64,000 bases of DNA. Source: a virus. The notes under the pieces were generated by a model that searched no databases, was not told where the DNA came from, and was given only the letters and a program-made list of their open reading frames with translations. The first letter of the stretch is position 1. The number at the start of each line of letters is the position of its first letter. Position numbers and translations under genes: made by a program. This document shows positions 47,373-57,541 of the stretch, in pieces. The DNA is taken from positions 32,001-96,000 of the IMG/VR virus record IMGVR_UViG_3300016476_000174; one strand, given 5' to 3'.

Positions 47373-50300
47373 TTAATACGTTTATTTCTTGTTTAAGTTC
47401 TTTTACTGCCTCTACAAGTACAGCCACAATTCTAGCATAAGCTACTGAATCTGGTTTTCCTTCTGCATCTTTTATAACAACATCTGGTAATACAGATTCT
47501 ACTTCTTCTGCAATAAGACCTAATTCACTAACCCCAGTTTCTTTTTTTGTATAGGAAACACCACGTAAAGATAAAATACTATTTAGTCCATTTTGAACTG
47601 TTTGTATATTATTTTTATAGCGTATTGAAGATGATTCTGTAAGAACACCAGCTATTGTAAGATTACCGTTTCCATAAAACTCATGTGACGCAGCACCACC
47701 AGATAAATAATAACTATTAAATCTAAGAGCCCATATAGAAGTTGAAGTATCAAAATTCATATGTAACTCTTTACTAGCAACGCCACCATACCAACGCATA
47801 GTATTTAAAGTACCACCACCGTTATTAACTAAATCAATGCTTGGTCTAGATCCTTCTATTTTAAGACCACGATTCATCCACACTTGTGCGTCTGATCCTC
47901 CTCCTATAAGAACATTTCCTGCACCTGTTACTTTAAACTGCTCTACTGTACCTCTATTAGTACCATCTCCACTTGCAAGTTTTAGTAAATAAACACCTGC
48001 TGTATTCATAGATGAATCTATAGCCATACCATAAGCTCCACCATGAGATATGTAAGTTTTTACACTAGCTCCTCCTGAAGCATTATAAAAAGTATAACCC
48101 CATCCAGATGCTTGTCCTTCTGCAGCAATTTTAGGACCACCATTTGTAGTAGTTCCTATAAGCAGATTTCCTCCACTTGGAGTAATTACTACAGAACCTC
48201 CATTACCACCAATTTGAAAATCTAAAGCAGAACCTGCACTGTAATCATATGCATCTAATTTTAAAGCAGAACCGTTATTATATATATAAATTGCTTTATT
48301 ATTATATACAGCTCCAATTCCTGTTTGTGTAGTATCAGTTGTCATTATTCTCATCCAAGATGGAATACTTGATACTGTACCTGATCCTACCTGTAATGCT
48401 ACAACTGGAGATGCGGTTTGTATACCAACATTACCAATAGCAGTTATTCTCATTTTTTCTGACAATGAGTTAAACCCATATGTAGTAGAGAATATAATAT
48501 CACTAAAATCGTGAGTAGCTCCGTTTTGTGCTTTAATCTGGGCCCAAGTATAAGGACCCATATGGTTATTTCTAAAATCTATACTTCCAACTACTGTAGT
48601 ACTACCAATTGCTGTTTTTGTAATAGTTAAATTACCAGAATTTAAATGTAATAAAGAAACTGGATCAATTGTACCAATACCAATATAACCATTAGATGGC
48701 ATACGCATGATTGTAGTTCCATTATTTTTAAAATGGAAACCTTCACCATTCATATTATCTAATACAAAACCATTAGCTGCTAATGAGCCAGCATCATACA
48801 TTCTTGTATAAATAGCATTATCAGTACGATTAAAACGTAGCTCATTACCACTTCTAATAGTACTACCATTACCTTCAATTGTAACACTACTTGCAAATGT
48901 TGCTACTCCAGTGGAAGCTATAGATAATTTTGCTCCACTACCACTATTCCAAAAAGATAATGTTTGTGTACTATATTGGTAAGCTATCAAGTCTCTTGTA
49001 ACAGCTCCAACTTGTGCTAAAATAGTAAAGTAGTCATTATAATAAGTTTGGATAGTTACACTACCATATCCATCATACAAGAATATATTTGCACCACTAT
49101 TACCAATCAAATCTAATTCAGCAGTACTAACAGAAGAGCTACCTAACTGCATCCAACCAGCGTTCATTTCTTTTAATGAACTATTACCAATAGTTCCACT
49201 AGCTGTAAATTTAGGAACAAAGTTATTTGTACCAGTACCTGTTATAGGATTAGTAAGTATTGTTTGATACGTAGATGCTGCAGATGATGTAGTTAAATAT
49301 GTACTATTATCATAACTTACAGTAGTACCATTTACCTTTACAAAACCTGTACCATTTAATTGTGCTTGTCCTGTATATGCACCTACTGCGTAAGAATAAG
49401 CAACTATTTCTATAGTATCATTTAGTGTAGCAGCAAAACCTAACACTACACTTGTACCATTTGAAGCAGTGTAGTCAGATGCTGCTAACTTAGATCCATT
49501 ATAGAATACATCAACTAATCCAGGATTATATGTAACAGTAAATATTGTCTGTCCGGCAGTAGCTGTAAAGTAAGTAACTTGTCTTAAAGCATTAGTTGCT
49601 GTAAATGCTGTATTATATCTAACTACTTCTACAATATTACCTACACCAGTTCCTGTTGCTAATACAACTGTAGAGCCATTTGTAGCCGTAAAATCAGAAG
49701 TAGATATTTTAATACCGTTTATATAAACATCAACTAAACCTACTACATATCCACCAGTTACTGTAAATGTAGTTTGATTAGCTGTAGCTGTATAAGTTTG
49801 AATAGTTCTTGATGAACTAGAAACTGAAGATGCTGGTGTAAATCCTAAAGCATCTGTTACATCTGTAGAAGAAAGAGTAATTGCTCCAGTGCGAGTATTA
49901 AAACTAGTAACTCCTCCTTGATATTGAGGTATGTTTAATACACCAGTTGTATTATCATAAGTAGCTGCACCTGATGTCCCTGTTGTTGTTAAAGATATTG
50001 CACTACGAGCTCTTGTATTGGTAAAGTACAAGTTACCAGATTCTGTTACTTGAGCTGTAGTGTAGTCACCAGTAACAGGAATAATATCTCCTGTACGTGT
50101 GTTAAATGAAGTTACACCAGAAGCTATAGTCCATGATCTATCTGCTGATAAATCATAAGCTGTACCATTGATTGTAATAGTTCTAGTCTGAGGAACTTTT
50201 GTTCCTATAGAAGTACTAATAGTAGTAGCAAAATTAGGATCATCTCCTAATGCTGCAGCTAACTCATTTAATGTATCTAAAGTTGTAGGAGCACTATCTA

Positions 50301-51711
50301 CTAAGTTTGCTATAGCAGTTCCAACATAGGATTGTGTAGCATAGTTATTAGCTGTTAGATAGGTATTTACTCTAGCATCCGTATAGTAAAGGTTAGTACC
50401 TTCAGCAATATTAGTTGTTGTAGCAGCAATCTTAGTCCATAGACCAGTTGATGCTACATATTTAATCATATCACCATCTGAAGCATTTGCAACAGATAAA
50501 TTATGTAATTCATCTAACTCAAAACCGTTTTGTACTTTTACAAAAATCTCACCATTATTTTGTTGTACTCTTGTAACTATACCAATAAATACTAAATGAG
50601 CAGGTGCTGTTGGTTTATTAACTAAACCAAATATTAAATTACCATTTGTACCTAACCATACTGAATCACCTGCTGTAGCTGTACTTGTATCTAAACCAGC
50701 AAGTAAGCCTTCTGTTACAACAAAGCCTTGCCCATTAATAGCTAAATCTTGAGCAACAAGTCCTAATGTTTTACTAGAAGTAGATTCTGCTGCATTAGAA
50801 GCTTTAGATACAATCATATTAGTACCATCTGCTGATGATACATAAACAGCTTGACCTTTTGTTAAAGCAACTGCAGCTTTTACTGTATGCTTTACACTGC
50901 TTGTGTAATTAGGAATCCAAGCTACATCATAATTTGTAGCTGAGTTTTTAGCTAATATGTCCCCAGCTGCTCCTCCTGTAGGAAGAATATTCCATATTCT
51001 ATCGGCAGATAGATCATAAGCTACTCCATCAATAGTTATTGTTCTACCAGTAGGCACGCCACCTAAACCAGCTAATGTGTAAGTAGGAATATTTAAAACA
51101 CCTGTACCAGAATTATATGTTGATGCTCCTGAAGTACCAGTAACCGTAAGAGTTATAGCTGCCCTTGCACGAGCATTAGTATAATATAAATTGATTGTTC
51201 CTTCTGGAATCTGATCTGTACTAGATATAAATCCATTATAGATTGGATTATATACAAAAATATCTAGTAAATCTCCAGCTACAGCAGCATCTGCTAATGT
51301 AAAAGTATTACCATTAGATGTGTCAATTGCAACTGGTGTAATTAATACACCATTTAAGAATACATCAATAAGTCCAGGTGTATAACCACCTGACACTGTA
51401 AATACTGTTTGCCCTGCTGTAGCAGTAATTTGTTGTAAAGCTCTGATTGCTCCTACACCTGACGCAGCAACTGATACTATACCAGTGCCATCTATACTTA
51501 AACCACTACCTATCTTAATACCACCAAGAGTAGTACCAGAGGCAATAGGTAGCGTATACGGTGTAACGAACCCTCTGACCCAAGCTGTTGTAGCTAACTT
51601 AGTAGAGTTATCATTAGCAGCAGGAGTCTGACCAGTAGCAGTATTGTTAAGTGTAACTACACCATCTACTGTCAGACCAGCTTTAGCTAGTATGTCAGAT
51701 AGAAATTTCAT
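47353..51711 (-). CDS. Long (master) tail fibre with three repeated beta domains and a C-terminal S74 chaperone (1452 aa)
   Basis: Three TATAxQTxFTV..Y..G..DV..NG domains, fibre repeats and C-terminal SSIRYKNNI..GLIAEEVE..VAYARIVAVLVEAVKEL. Confidence 0.85.
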   Translation of the reverse strand: MKFLSDILAKAGLTVDGVVTLNNTATGQTPAANDNSTKLATTAWVRGFVTPYTLPIASGTTLGGIKIGSGLSIDGTGIVSVAASGVGAIRALQQITATAGQTVFTVSGGYTPGLIDVFLNGVLITPVAIDTSNGNTFTLADAAVAGDLLDIFVYNPIYNGFISSTDQIPEGTINLYYTNARARAAITLTVTGTSGASTYNSGTGVLNIPTYTLAGLGGVPTGRTITIDGVAYDLSADRIWNILPTGGAAGDILAKNSATNYDVAWIPNYTSSVKHTVKAAVALTKGQAVYVSSADGTNMIVSKASNAAESTSSKTLGLVAQDLAINGQGFVVTEGLLAGLDTSTATAGDSVWLGTNGNLIFGLVNKPTAPAHLVFIGIVTRVQQNNGEIFVKVQNGFELDELHNLSVANASDGDMIKYVASTGLWTKIAATTTNIAEGTNLYYTDARVNTYLTANNYATQSYVGTAIANLVDSAPTTLDTLNELAAALGDDPNFATTISTSIGTKVPQTRTITINGTAYDLSADRSWTIASGVTSFNTRTGDIIPVTGDYTTAQVTESGNLYFTNTRARSAISLTTTGTSGAATYDNTTGVLNIPQYQGGVTSFNTRTGAITLSSTDVTDALGFTPASSVSSSSRTIQTYTATANQTTFTVTGGYVVGLVDVYINGIKISTSDFTATNGSTVVLATGTGVGNIVEVVRYNTAFTATNALRQVTYFTATAGQTIFTVTYNPGLVDVFYNGSKLAASDYTASNGTSVVLGFAATLNDTIEIVAYSYAVGAYTGQAQLNGTGFVKVNGTTVSYDNSTYLTTSSAASTYQTILTNPITGTGTNNFVPKFTASGTIGNSSLKEMNAGWMQLGSSSVSTAELDLIGNSGANIFLYDGYGSVTIQTYYNDYFTILAQVGAVTRDLIAYQYSTQTLSFWNSGSGAKLSIASTGVATFASSVTIEGNGSTIRSGNELRFNRTDNAIYTRMYDAGSLAANGFVLDNMNGEGFHFKNNGTTIMRMPSNGYIGIGTIDPVSLLHLNSGNLTITKTAIGSTTVVGSIDFRNNHMGPYTWAQIKAQNGATHDFSDIIFSTTYGFNSLSEKMRITAIGNVGIQTASPVVALQVGSGTVSSIPSWMRIMTTDTTQTGIGAVYNNKAIYIYNNGSALKLDAYDYSAGSALDFQIGGNGGSVVITPSGGNLLIGTTTNGGPKIAAEGQASGWGYTFYNASGGASVKTYISHGGAYGMAIDSSMNTAGVYLLKLASGDGTNRGTVEQFKVTGAGNVLIGGGSDAQVWMNRGLKIEGSRPSIDLVNNGGGTLNTMRWYGGVASKELHMNFDTSTSIWALRFNSYYLSGGAASHEFYGNGNLTIAGVLTESSSIRYKNNIQTVQNGLNSILSLRGVSYTKKETGVSELGLIAEEVESVLPDVVIKDAEGKPDSVAYARIVAVLVEAVKELKQEINVLNGKLNS

Positions 51712-51721
51712 TCAGATTTTA

Positions 51722-52933
51722 TTATTTCTTGATGATTACACGATAAGCATTAGCAGAAGGAGCTGTAGCAAAACTTACAGTTACTGTAGCAGCATCTGTA
51801 ATAACTACATCTGTAAACACTTCTTCTAATGTTGTATTATCTTTAATCATCACGATTACATCAATAGTGTTTAAGCCGTGTGACAAAGCATAAGAAGTTC
51901 CTGAACCTCCTATATTTGCAGCATAACCACCAGTTCTGTTATCTAATAATGTTTTTAACTTTAAAGGAGTAACAATACGTGCATCATCTGTACCTGCAGC
52001 AGTTTCAGCATCTGTTGCAATCTCTGCAATACCTGTACGTGTTTCTGTAGCTGTACGAGAAGATAAACTAGCAGGAGTTACTGCTTTATTAGAATCTGTA
52101 CCTGTTTGAGTTTCTGCATTTGTAGCAAGATATACTAAACCTAATACAGTTGTAGTAGCTTGATCACGGTTAACTTCTAATCTGATCCAGTCAGCTTTTA
52201 AACTAGTAGATGCACTGTTAACTTTAGCAACAACTACATCACCTACATTAAACGGTTCACTATCCACTGTACCAGCAACTGTTACATACCAGTAGTCACC
52301 AGCTTTAGTTCCTGCTACAGGAGCTGAACCTACTGGAAAAGAACCAGTAGAAGCATCCCAACCACCTTCTAAGTTACCAAGATTACCTACATTAGTATCA
52401 ATGTAAGATTTAATAGCTGCTGAAGTAGCAAGAGTTGTACTAGAAGCACTGCCTAAATCTGTAACAATTGTTACTTCACTAGGATTAGCTGTAGCTCCAG
52501 ACGTATTACCAATTACTGTTAAGTTAGCTACTTGTTGTAACTTATCAAAAGTTACTGCATTAGCATTAATCTTTACAGTTGTAACTGCAGAGTTAGCAAT
52601 CTTACCAGTAGTAATACCTAAGTCTTTAACTCTTAAACTATCACTGTTAATTTCAATTGTAGCATTATCTACGTTTACATCTAATGTGATTACATCACCA
52701 TTAGCTGATGTAGATGCTGTAAGACCAGCACCACCAAGAACATCTTGGATATCTCCTGACATGTCAACCCATTGACTTCCATCCCAGAAGAACATTCTTA
52801 ATACTGAAGGAGTAGTGTCAAAATAGATTTGACCAACTACTGGACTGCCCGGTGCACCAGCATTATTGTGTACCGCTACATTTAGAATCTGGTTTTGGGT
52901 GAGATCCAGATTGGTTAAAAACTTTTTAGACAT
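51722..52933 (-). CDS. Tail fibre / fibre-attachment protein (403 aa)
   Basis: ATxAE..GTD..VTP..L repeats (T4 proximal-fibre type), VTTxKI repeats and a C-terminal HGLNTIDVIV domain. Confidence 0.65.
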   Translation of the reverse strand: MSKKFLTNLDLTQNQILNVAVHNNAGAPGSPVVGQIYFDTTPSVLRMFFWDGSQWVDMSGDIQDVLGGAGLTASTSANGDVITLDVNVDNATIEINSDSLRVKDLGITTGKIANSAVTTVKINANAVTFDKLQQVANLTVIGNTSGATANPSEVTIVTDLGSASSTTLATSAAIKSYIDTNVGNLGNLEGGWDASTGSFPVGSAPVAGTKAGDYWYVTVAGTVDSEPFNVGDVVVAKVNSASTSLKADWIRLEVNRDQATTTVLGLVYLATNAETQTGTDSNKAVTPASLSSRTATETRTGIAEIATDAETAAGTDDARIVTPLKLKTLLDNRTGGYAANIGGSGTSYALSHGLNTIDVIVMIKDNTTLEEVFTDVVITDAATVTVSFATAPSANAYRVIIKK

Positions 52934-52949
52934 AGTATATATATTATAA

Positions 52950-53477
52950 TTAGTTCAAAAATGCTTTCCCACTAAAAGGTGCGGAAAACTTTACTATTAA
53001 TGAATTAGGGTTTACATGCTCAACTTCTCCTATAACTTCTGCATTACTTGCATCTACTATAGAAACAGATGGGTATTTATTTAAATTATGTGTAATATTC
53101 CATGTAGAAGAAGACACTGTTTGATTATGTATATGAGAAAACTTATAACTGTCTTGTATAGAAAGATTATCTCTATATGTAAGTGTGATGGTTCTATTCT
53201 CATTATCAGCAGTTACATCTATAGCAACTACTGTTTTATTAAAAGCCTCATCTATTTTAGCTAAATCACTATCTGATATACTTACCTGATCCCACTGATT
53301 ACCATCCCATGCATATAAAAGATGTAATGTAGTATCATAAACAACAATACCAGCATCACTAGAATTATACCCAGCAGCTAAAGCATTTCTTTCTGTTGTA
53401 GTTACAGGTTGTAACTTAGCATTAAGAATACTATTCTTGTTAAAATCATAATCTACATATATCTTCTGTACTGCCAT
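52950..53477 (-). CDS. Tail-associated structural protein (175 aa)
   Basis: C-terminal WNITHNLNKYPSV..FSAPFSGKAFLN domain, paralogous to that of 53477..54094. Confidence 0.55.
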   Translation of the reverse strand: MAVQKIYVDYDFNKNSILNAKLQPVTTTERNALAAGYNSSDAGIVVYDTTLHLLYAWDGNQWDQVSISDSDLAKIDEAFNKTVVAIDVTADNENRTITLTYRDNLSIQDSYKFSHIHNQTVSSSTWNITHNLNKYPSVSIVDASNAEVIGEVEHVNPNSLIVKFSAPFSGKAFLN

Positions 53478-54094
53478 TATGATAAATATGCTCTACCAGC
53501 TACGGGTTGATTAAAGTAAATTTTGATTCTGTTATTATCTATGATGTCAATTACACCTTGAATATCTGCACCAGTTAAGTCTTCTGTACGTACATTAGGA
53601 GCTAAGTTCATACCATGGATAATGTCCCACATAGTAGCAGGTGTTTGCTGTGTAAATACAAATGAGCTATTTTGATTAATAGTAATGGCTGGGTTTAAGT
53701 TAATTCTAGTTACACAACCGCCTGTATTTACTTCTATAATATTTTGTGTACCATCTCCATATGTATAACCTACACCAACTTGTTGTGGTGCATCTGCAGT
53801 GGAAGATTTAAAATAACCAGGTCCCCATACATCATAGCTTGTATCATATTGTACAGATGTATCATTTCTATAACTAACTGGTAACCAAGTAGTATAATTA
53901 ATATTAGTTTGAGAAAGAGCTCCTTCATCCTCTATAGCCTGCCAATCTACAATCTGCTTTCTCATATCAATAAGATCAGCATTTAGATCTGGTCTACATG
54001 AGTCAATACCATAACGCATTTGTCTGTATGTTCTATTAAGAACATCAGCAAACTCTTTATAGTATTTAACTTTCTTAGGAAGGAGGGTTCTCAT
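53477..54094 (-). CDS. Tail-associated structural protein (205 aa)
   Basis: C-terminal WDIIHGMNLAPNV..FNQPVAGRAYLS domain and TAATG coupling to the next gene. Confidence 0.55.
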   Translation of the reverse strand: MRTLLPKKVKYYKEFADVLNRTYRQMRYGIDSCRPDLNADLIDMRKQIVDWQAIEDEGALSQTNINYTTWLPVSYRNDTSVQYDTSYDVWGPGYFKSSTADAPQQVGVGYTYGDGTQNIIEVNTGGCVTRINLNPAITINQNSSFVFTQQTPATMWDIIHGMNLAPNVRTEDLTGADIQGVIDIIDNNRIKIYFNQPVAGRAYLS

Positions 54095-54257
54095 TTTGAG
54101 TTTCTGTTTTAGTATTTAAAGCAGCCATTAAAGCTTGAGCATTAATCTGAATTTCATAAGATGAAATACAGTTAGCACATACTCTTGTGCCGTTGGATGC
54201 AATTCTGTCTTGGCATCCACATGTAATTGTAGTTCCACAATTTGTACAAGTTCTCAT
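54075..54257 (-). CDS. Small Cys-rich (Zn-binding-like) protein (60 aa)
   Basis: CTNC..CGC..CANC pattern and the same AAACCAAA leader seen before other genes. Confidence 0.6.
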   Translation of the reverse strand: MRTCTNCGTTITCGCQDRIASNGTRVCANCISSYEIQINAQALMAALNTKTETQNENPPS

Positions 54258-54285
54258 ATCTTTGGTTTTTTATGAAATCTTTACT

Positions 54286-54831
54286 CTACGCACACTCTGC
54301 AGTGTACTTATTCAATCTTTTTTGAGCATACATCAATAGTTCCATACCAGCAGATGGTTCATGACAATACTCTACTTTTGCTTTAGCAGCATCAATAAAA
54401 CTTTTAATTAAACGTAGTTCCTCTAATTTTTCTTTTACATCTGCATCAGGCTCACAAGCAGCCATTTCTAGATCACAAAGTAAGTTAAAATATTTATTAG
54501 TTGTTTGTGTTGTACGTAAATGATTATACTCTACAAAAACATTTGAGTTAGGACTAACTGAATAATTAATAACATAGATACCATCAGGTAAAGGTTGTGA
54601 TGCTTCTGTACATGCTGTACGTTGCAAACCTAAACTACATGCGTTTAACACAATGTTAAAGTTAGGTAATACCTCAATTCCTACAGGTAGATTAAAACCT
54701 GGAGAAGTAATTCTTAATGCTCCACAGTCTACAGGCAGACCATCTGCATATATACTAGTGTCAAAAAGACGTAAAACCTTGATATTATTGGTATCAGGCA
54801 GCTCTAAACTTAGCTGGTGTTTGCTTGCCAT
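54286..54831 (-). CDS. Conserved structural protein, possible tail hub (181 aa)
   Basis: LRITSPGF..LPDGIYVINYSVSP motif then a helical C-terminus. crAss gene-order position after the auxiliary capsid gene. Confidence 0.5.
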   Translation of the reverse strand: MASKHQLSLELPDTNNIKVLRLFDTSIYADGLPVDCGALRITSPGFNLPVGIEVLPNFNIVLNACSLGLQRTACTEASQPLPDGIYVINYSVSPNSNVFVEYNHLRTTQTTNKYFNLLCDLEMAACEPDADVKEKLEELRLIKSFIDAAKAKVEYCHEPSAGMELLMYAQKRLNKYTAECA

Positions 54832-54875
54832 AACGATAAACTTTAAATATTTATATAGATTGAAGAGTACAAGTT

Positions 54876-54891
54876 CTCAATAATAATATAC
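54876..54891 (-). promoter_or_regulatory. Putative phage late promoter GTATATTATTATTGAG
   Basis: Variant of the recurring motif, about 20 nt downstream of a terminator. Confidence 0.5.
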
Positions 54892-54911
54892 TAATTTTTT
54901 GGGACATGTCC

Positions 54912-54948
54912 AAAAAACAAAAAGGGAGGGACATCTGTCCTCTCCCTT
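54912..54948 (-). terminator. Rho-independent terminator after the auxiliary capsid gene
   Basis: Minus strand AAGGGAGAGGACAGATGTCCCTCCCTT hairpin followed by TTTGTTTTTT. Confidence 0.75.
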
Positions 54949-54971
54949 AATGTTTAGATATTCTTAATATC

Positions 54972-56327
54972 TTATACAGTCTCTAATGTTACTGCATTAC
55001 CAGCCGCAGCTGCACTAGATGCAATGAAGTTAGTAATTGAAGTAGTAGAAGTACCTGCTGGTACGTGAACTACGATCAAATACTGATCATTATCAAATGT
55101 GCTAGTTGGGTTGTTGAAACGAGGTACGTTGTGTAAAATCAACACTTGATCATACAAACCTGCCTTGTTAACAGTTGCTAAAGCTGGATCAGCTTCAATC
55201 TCACGCATACGTAAGCTATCTACACGAGAGCTATCAGGGTATGCATTTTGTAAGTAACGACCATCTAAGATCAACTCACGTAATACAGTTTCACCTAAAC
55301 CAGATGCTTGCTTAGGAGCTTGAATCTCTGCAGATACAAATCCGTTTACAGCACAAGGATCACCAGACTCATCTACAAAAGATGTGTAGATAAATAATGG
55401 CTCTAACTCATAGAAATCAGTTGGAGTGAAAGTACAAGCACCAAACTTAGTTTCTACGTAAGCAGCAGTAATCTCTAAGTGAGAATCTACAGCAGCAATA
55501 TCGTTAGCAGCAGTTAAAGGAGCATAAGTTCCAGTTGCAATTTGAGAGTAAATCTTAGCATTACCATCTGTAGAAGCTACAGCGTTTTTAGTAAGAACTA
55601 CGTTTGCATAACCAGAGCTAGCTGAATCAGCTGCACCAACAGAAACTACTTGAGAACCACCAGCTAAAGAAGCATGTACAACCTTTTCACCTACTTGGAA
55701 AGCAGCTGCATCAGCGTTAGCTACAACAATAGTTGCAGAACCAGCTGTTGGGTTGATTGCTACAGAAGCAGTAGTTAAATTCCATACTTTAGCTACCACA
55801 AAGTCTTTCAACAATGGAGCCTCGTTAATTTGATCTTTCCACTTAAGTAAGATCACGTTTTGGTCTACTGTGTTAGTAGTACCAGCTACAGTATCACAAC
55901 CACTGTGAGCGTCTAATGTCTTGTACAACTGGTGGTTTAAGAAACGCAACGCAGGTGAACCTTTAACATCTAAACGTAGACGGTAAGTAGTGTCACTGTT
56001 AATTGTAGCTGCAGAAGGATCTACAGATACGATTTGGTTCTGAGCAACATCAGAAGTTACTTTGATTAAACGGCTGATGTACTTAGGATTGATTACTTTA
56101 GACTTAACAGACTCTTTGTAACCACCGTGAACAGGGCCAATTTTGTCAGCAGCAAAGTAAGAACCTTGAGCCAAAATAAAAGGAGCAGCTTGAGCTGTAA
56201 CAGCTTGGTACGTCTTAGCATCGAAGAAGCCAATTTGACCAGCAGTTAAAGCATCAGTACCGCCAGAGCTAGCTAATGTTGTGCTAGCAGGCAAGAATGA
56301 CTTGCGGAATGCATTAGGAAAATACAT
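54972..56327 (-). CDS. Auxiliary capsid / major structural protein (451 aa)
   Basis: Position in the crAss head module, a 5' leader nearly identical to that of the MCP, its own terminator, and an Ala/Thr-rich inserted domain. Confidence 0.55.
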   Translation of the reverse strand: MYFPNAFRKSFLPASTTLASSGGTDALTAGQIGFFDAKTYQAVTAQAAPFILAQGSYFAADKIGPVHGGYKESVKSKVINPKYISRLIKVTSDVAQNQIVSVDPSAATINSDTTYRLRLDVKGSPALRFLNHQLYKTLDAHSGCDTVAGTTNTVDQNVILLKWKDQINEAPLLKDFVVAKVWNLTTASVAINPTAGSATIVVANADAAAFQVGEKVVHASLAGGSQVVSVGAADSASSGYANVVLTKNAVASTDGNAKIYSQIATGTYAPLTAANDIAAVDSHLEITAAYVETKFGACTFTPTDFYELEPLFIYTSFVDESGDPCAVNGFVSAEIQAPKQASGLGETVLRELILDGRYLQNAYPDSSRVDSLRMREIEADPALATVNKAGLYDQVLILHNVPRFNNPTSTFDNDQYLIVVHVPAGTSTTSITNFIASSAAAAGNAVTLETV

Positions 56328-56368
56328 AGGGCTTTAATTTAAAGGGTTATAAATAAATAAAAAAAAAC

Positions 56369-56782
56369 TTAACTTAAAAACATTAACTTATACTTAGTTC
56401 CAGAGATTAAGCTTTTGATCTCATCTAGTTGGTTTGTTACTTCAGAAAAGGGCATAATCTTTTGTAACTCTGTAACTTCTGTATATAGTTCTTTCATGTG
56501 AGATATTGCTTCCTGTACAGATCCGCACTTATATGCAGGAACTACTGGGAAATCTAGAAGCTTCTCACGAGCTCCTTGATATTGTTCAGCTACAGCATCT
56601 ACTAAACCAGGCATTCCATCATAAAACTCATTAAGAGCCTTATGTATTGAGAAAGATCCAGGTCCAGTAATCTTTAAATGCAACTGATGCATACTAGTTG
56701 TAAGGGCTTGAGCATGAGCTAGCATAGCTGCTGTTTCAGTGCAAGGTCCCATTGGTCCAGGTCTTTGTAACTTCTGTATCAT
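56369..56782 (-). CDS. Ferritin/Dps-like four-helix protein (DUF5856-like), 137 aa
   Basis: HQLHLKITGPGSFSIHKALNEFYD..DAVAEQYQG..LDEIKSLI..YKL resembles Dps ferroxidase motifs. Confidence 0.75.
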   Translation of the reverse strand: MIQKLQRPGPMGPCTETAAMLAHAQALTTSMHQLHLKITGPGSFSIHKALNEFYDGMPGLVDAVAEQYQGAREKLLDFPVVPAYKCGSVQEAISHMKELYTEVTELQKIMPFSEVTNQLDEIKSLISGTKYKLMFLS

Positions 56783-57486
56783 TAACTATTTCTTTGTGCG
56801 TTTTGTACTTCTCTCTGATACTGGTTCATAGACTCTATATCACCTGCTAAAATAGCAGCAGCTTCATCAGCTATAATTTCACAGATATCATCTTTTAATT
56901 CACACTCTACATTATCAGTATAAGCTTGTCCCGTAGAAATATTACTACAACCTAAAATTTGAATATCTTTTGGCTTTCTATAATACACAAGTTTTACATC
57001 ATGTACAGTAAAAAGACCATTTGTATAAATTCTAATCTTGTCTCCAAGTATTGTACAAAATGTTTCAGCCCATTCAAAAGAAGGTGACTTAAAACTATCT
57101 GCTAGTAATATATCAACGTTAGCTTCTTCAGCTTGGTATATAGTTGACAAAGTTCTTTTTGGGCAGCAATCATTCTTTACATCACCACTAATTCTTACAA
57201 AATGTAAATAGTTAGCTGGAATAGTAACTGTTTCAAAATACTTTGGCTTTTCTAAACCACGTAGTTCAGTCTCACTTAATAAAATCTGAAGATCATCAAC
57301 TACAGTTACACTTTGCTCTGAAGACTCTTTTAATGCATTTAAGCCATGAAGACGTCTACGTACCCACTCAAGCTGAGCTTTATTAAAAGCTTCTTGAATC
57401 TGCCAACACTCAATGTTGTCATAGTCAAAAGAGCCAAGCTTATTAAGCCTCTGCTTGATTTTTATCTGTAACAGGTTGTTGTTCAT
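56782..57486 (-). CDS. Ring / head-tail adaptor protein (234 aa)
   Basis: FNKAQLEWV, IPANYLHFV, LVYYRKPKDI and CELKDDICEII.DEA motifs typical of crAss ring proteins. Confidence 0.65.
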   Translation of the reverse strand: MNNNLLQIKIKQRLNKLGSFDYDNIECWQIQEAFNKAQLEWVRRRLHGLNALKESSEQSVTVVDDLQILLSETELRGLEKPKYFETVTIPANYLHFVRISGDVKNDCCPKRTLSTIYQAEEANVDILLADSFKSPSFEWAETFCTILGDKIRIYTNGLFTVHDVKLVYYRKPKDIQILGCSNISTGQAYTDNVECELKDDICEIIADEAAAILAGDIESMNQYQREVQNAQRNS

Positions 57487-57541
57487 ATTTTATAAAGACC
57501 TGGGAGCTGATCTTACGGTAAGCAACCCAGGTACTATTTTT

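Noticed and set aside
57498-57532. Hairpin ACCTGGG..CCCAGGT between the 338 aa and ring genes as a terminator
   Set aside because: No proper U-tract on the coding strand and no promoter motif after it. It may be a processing or stability stem, but that is unsupported.
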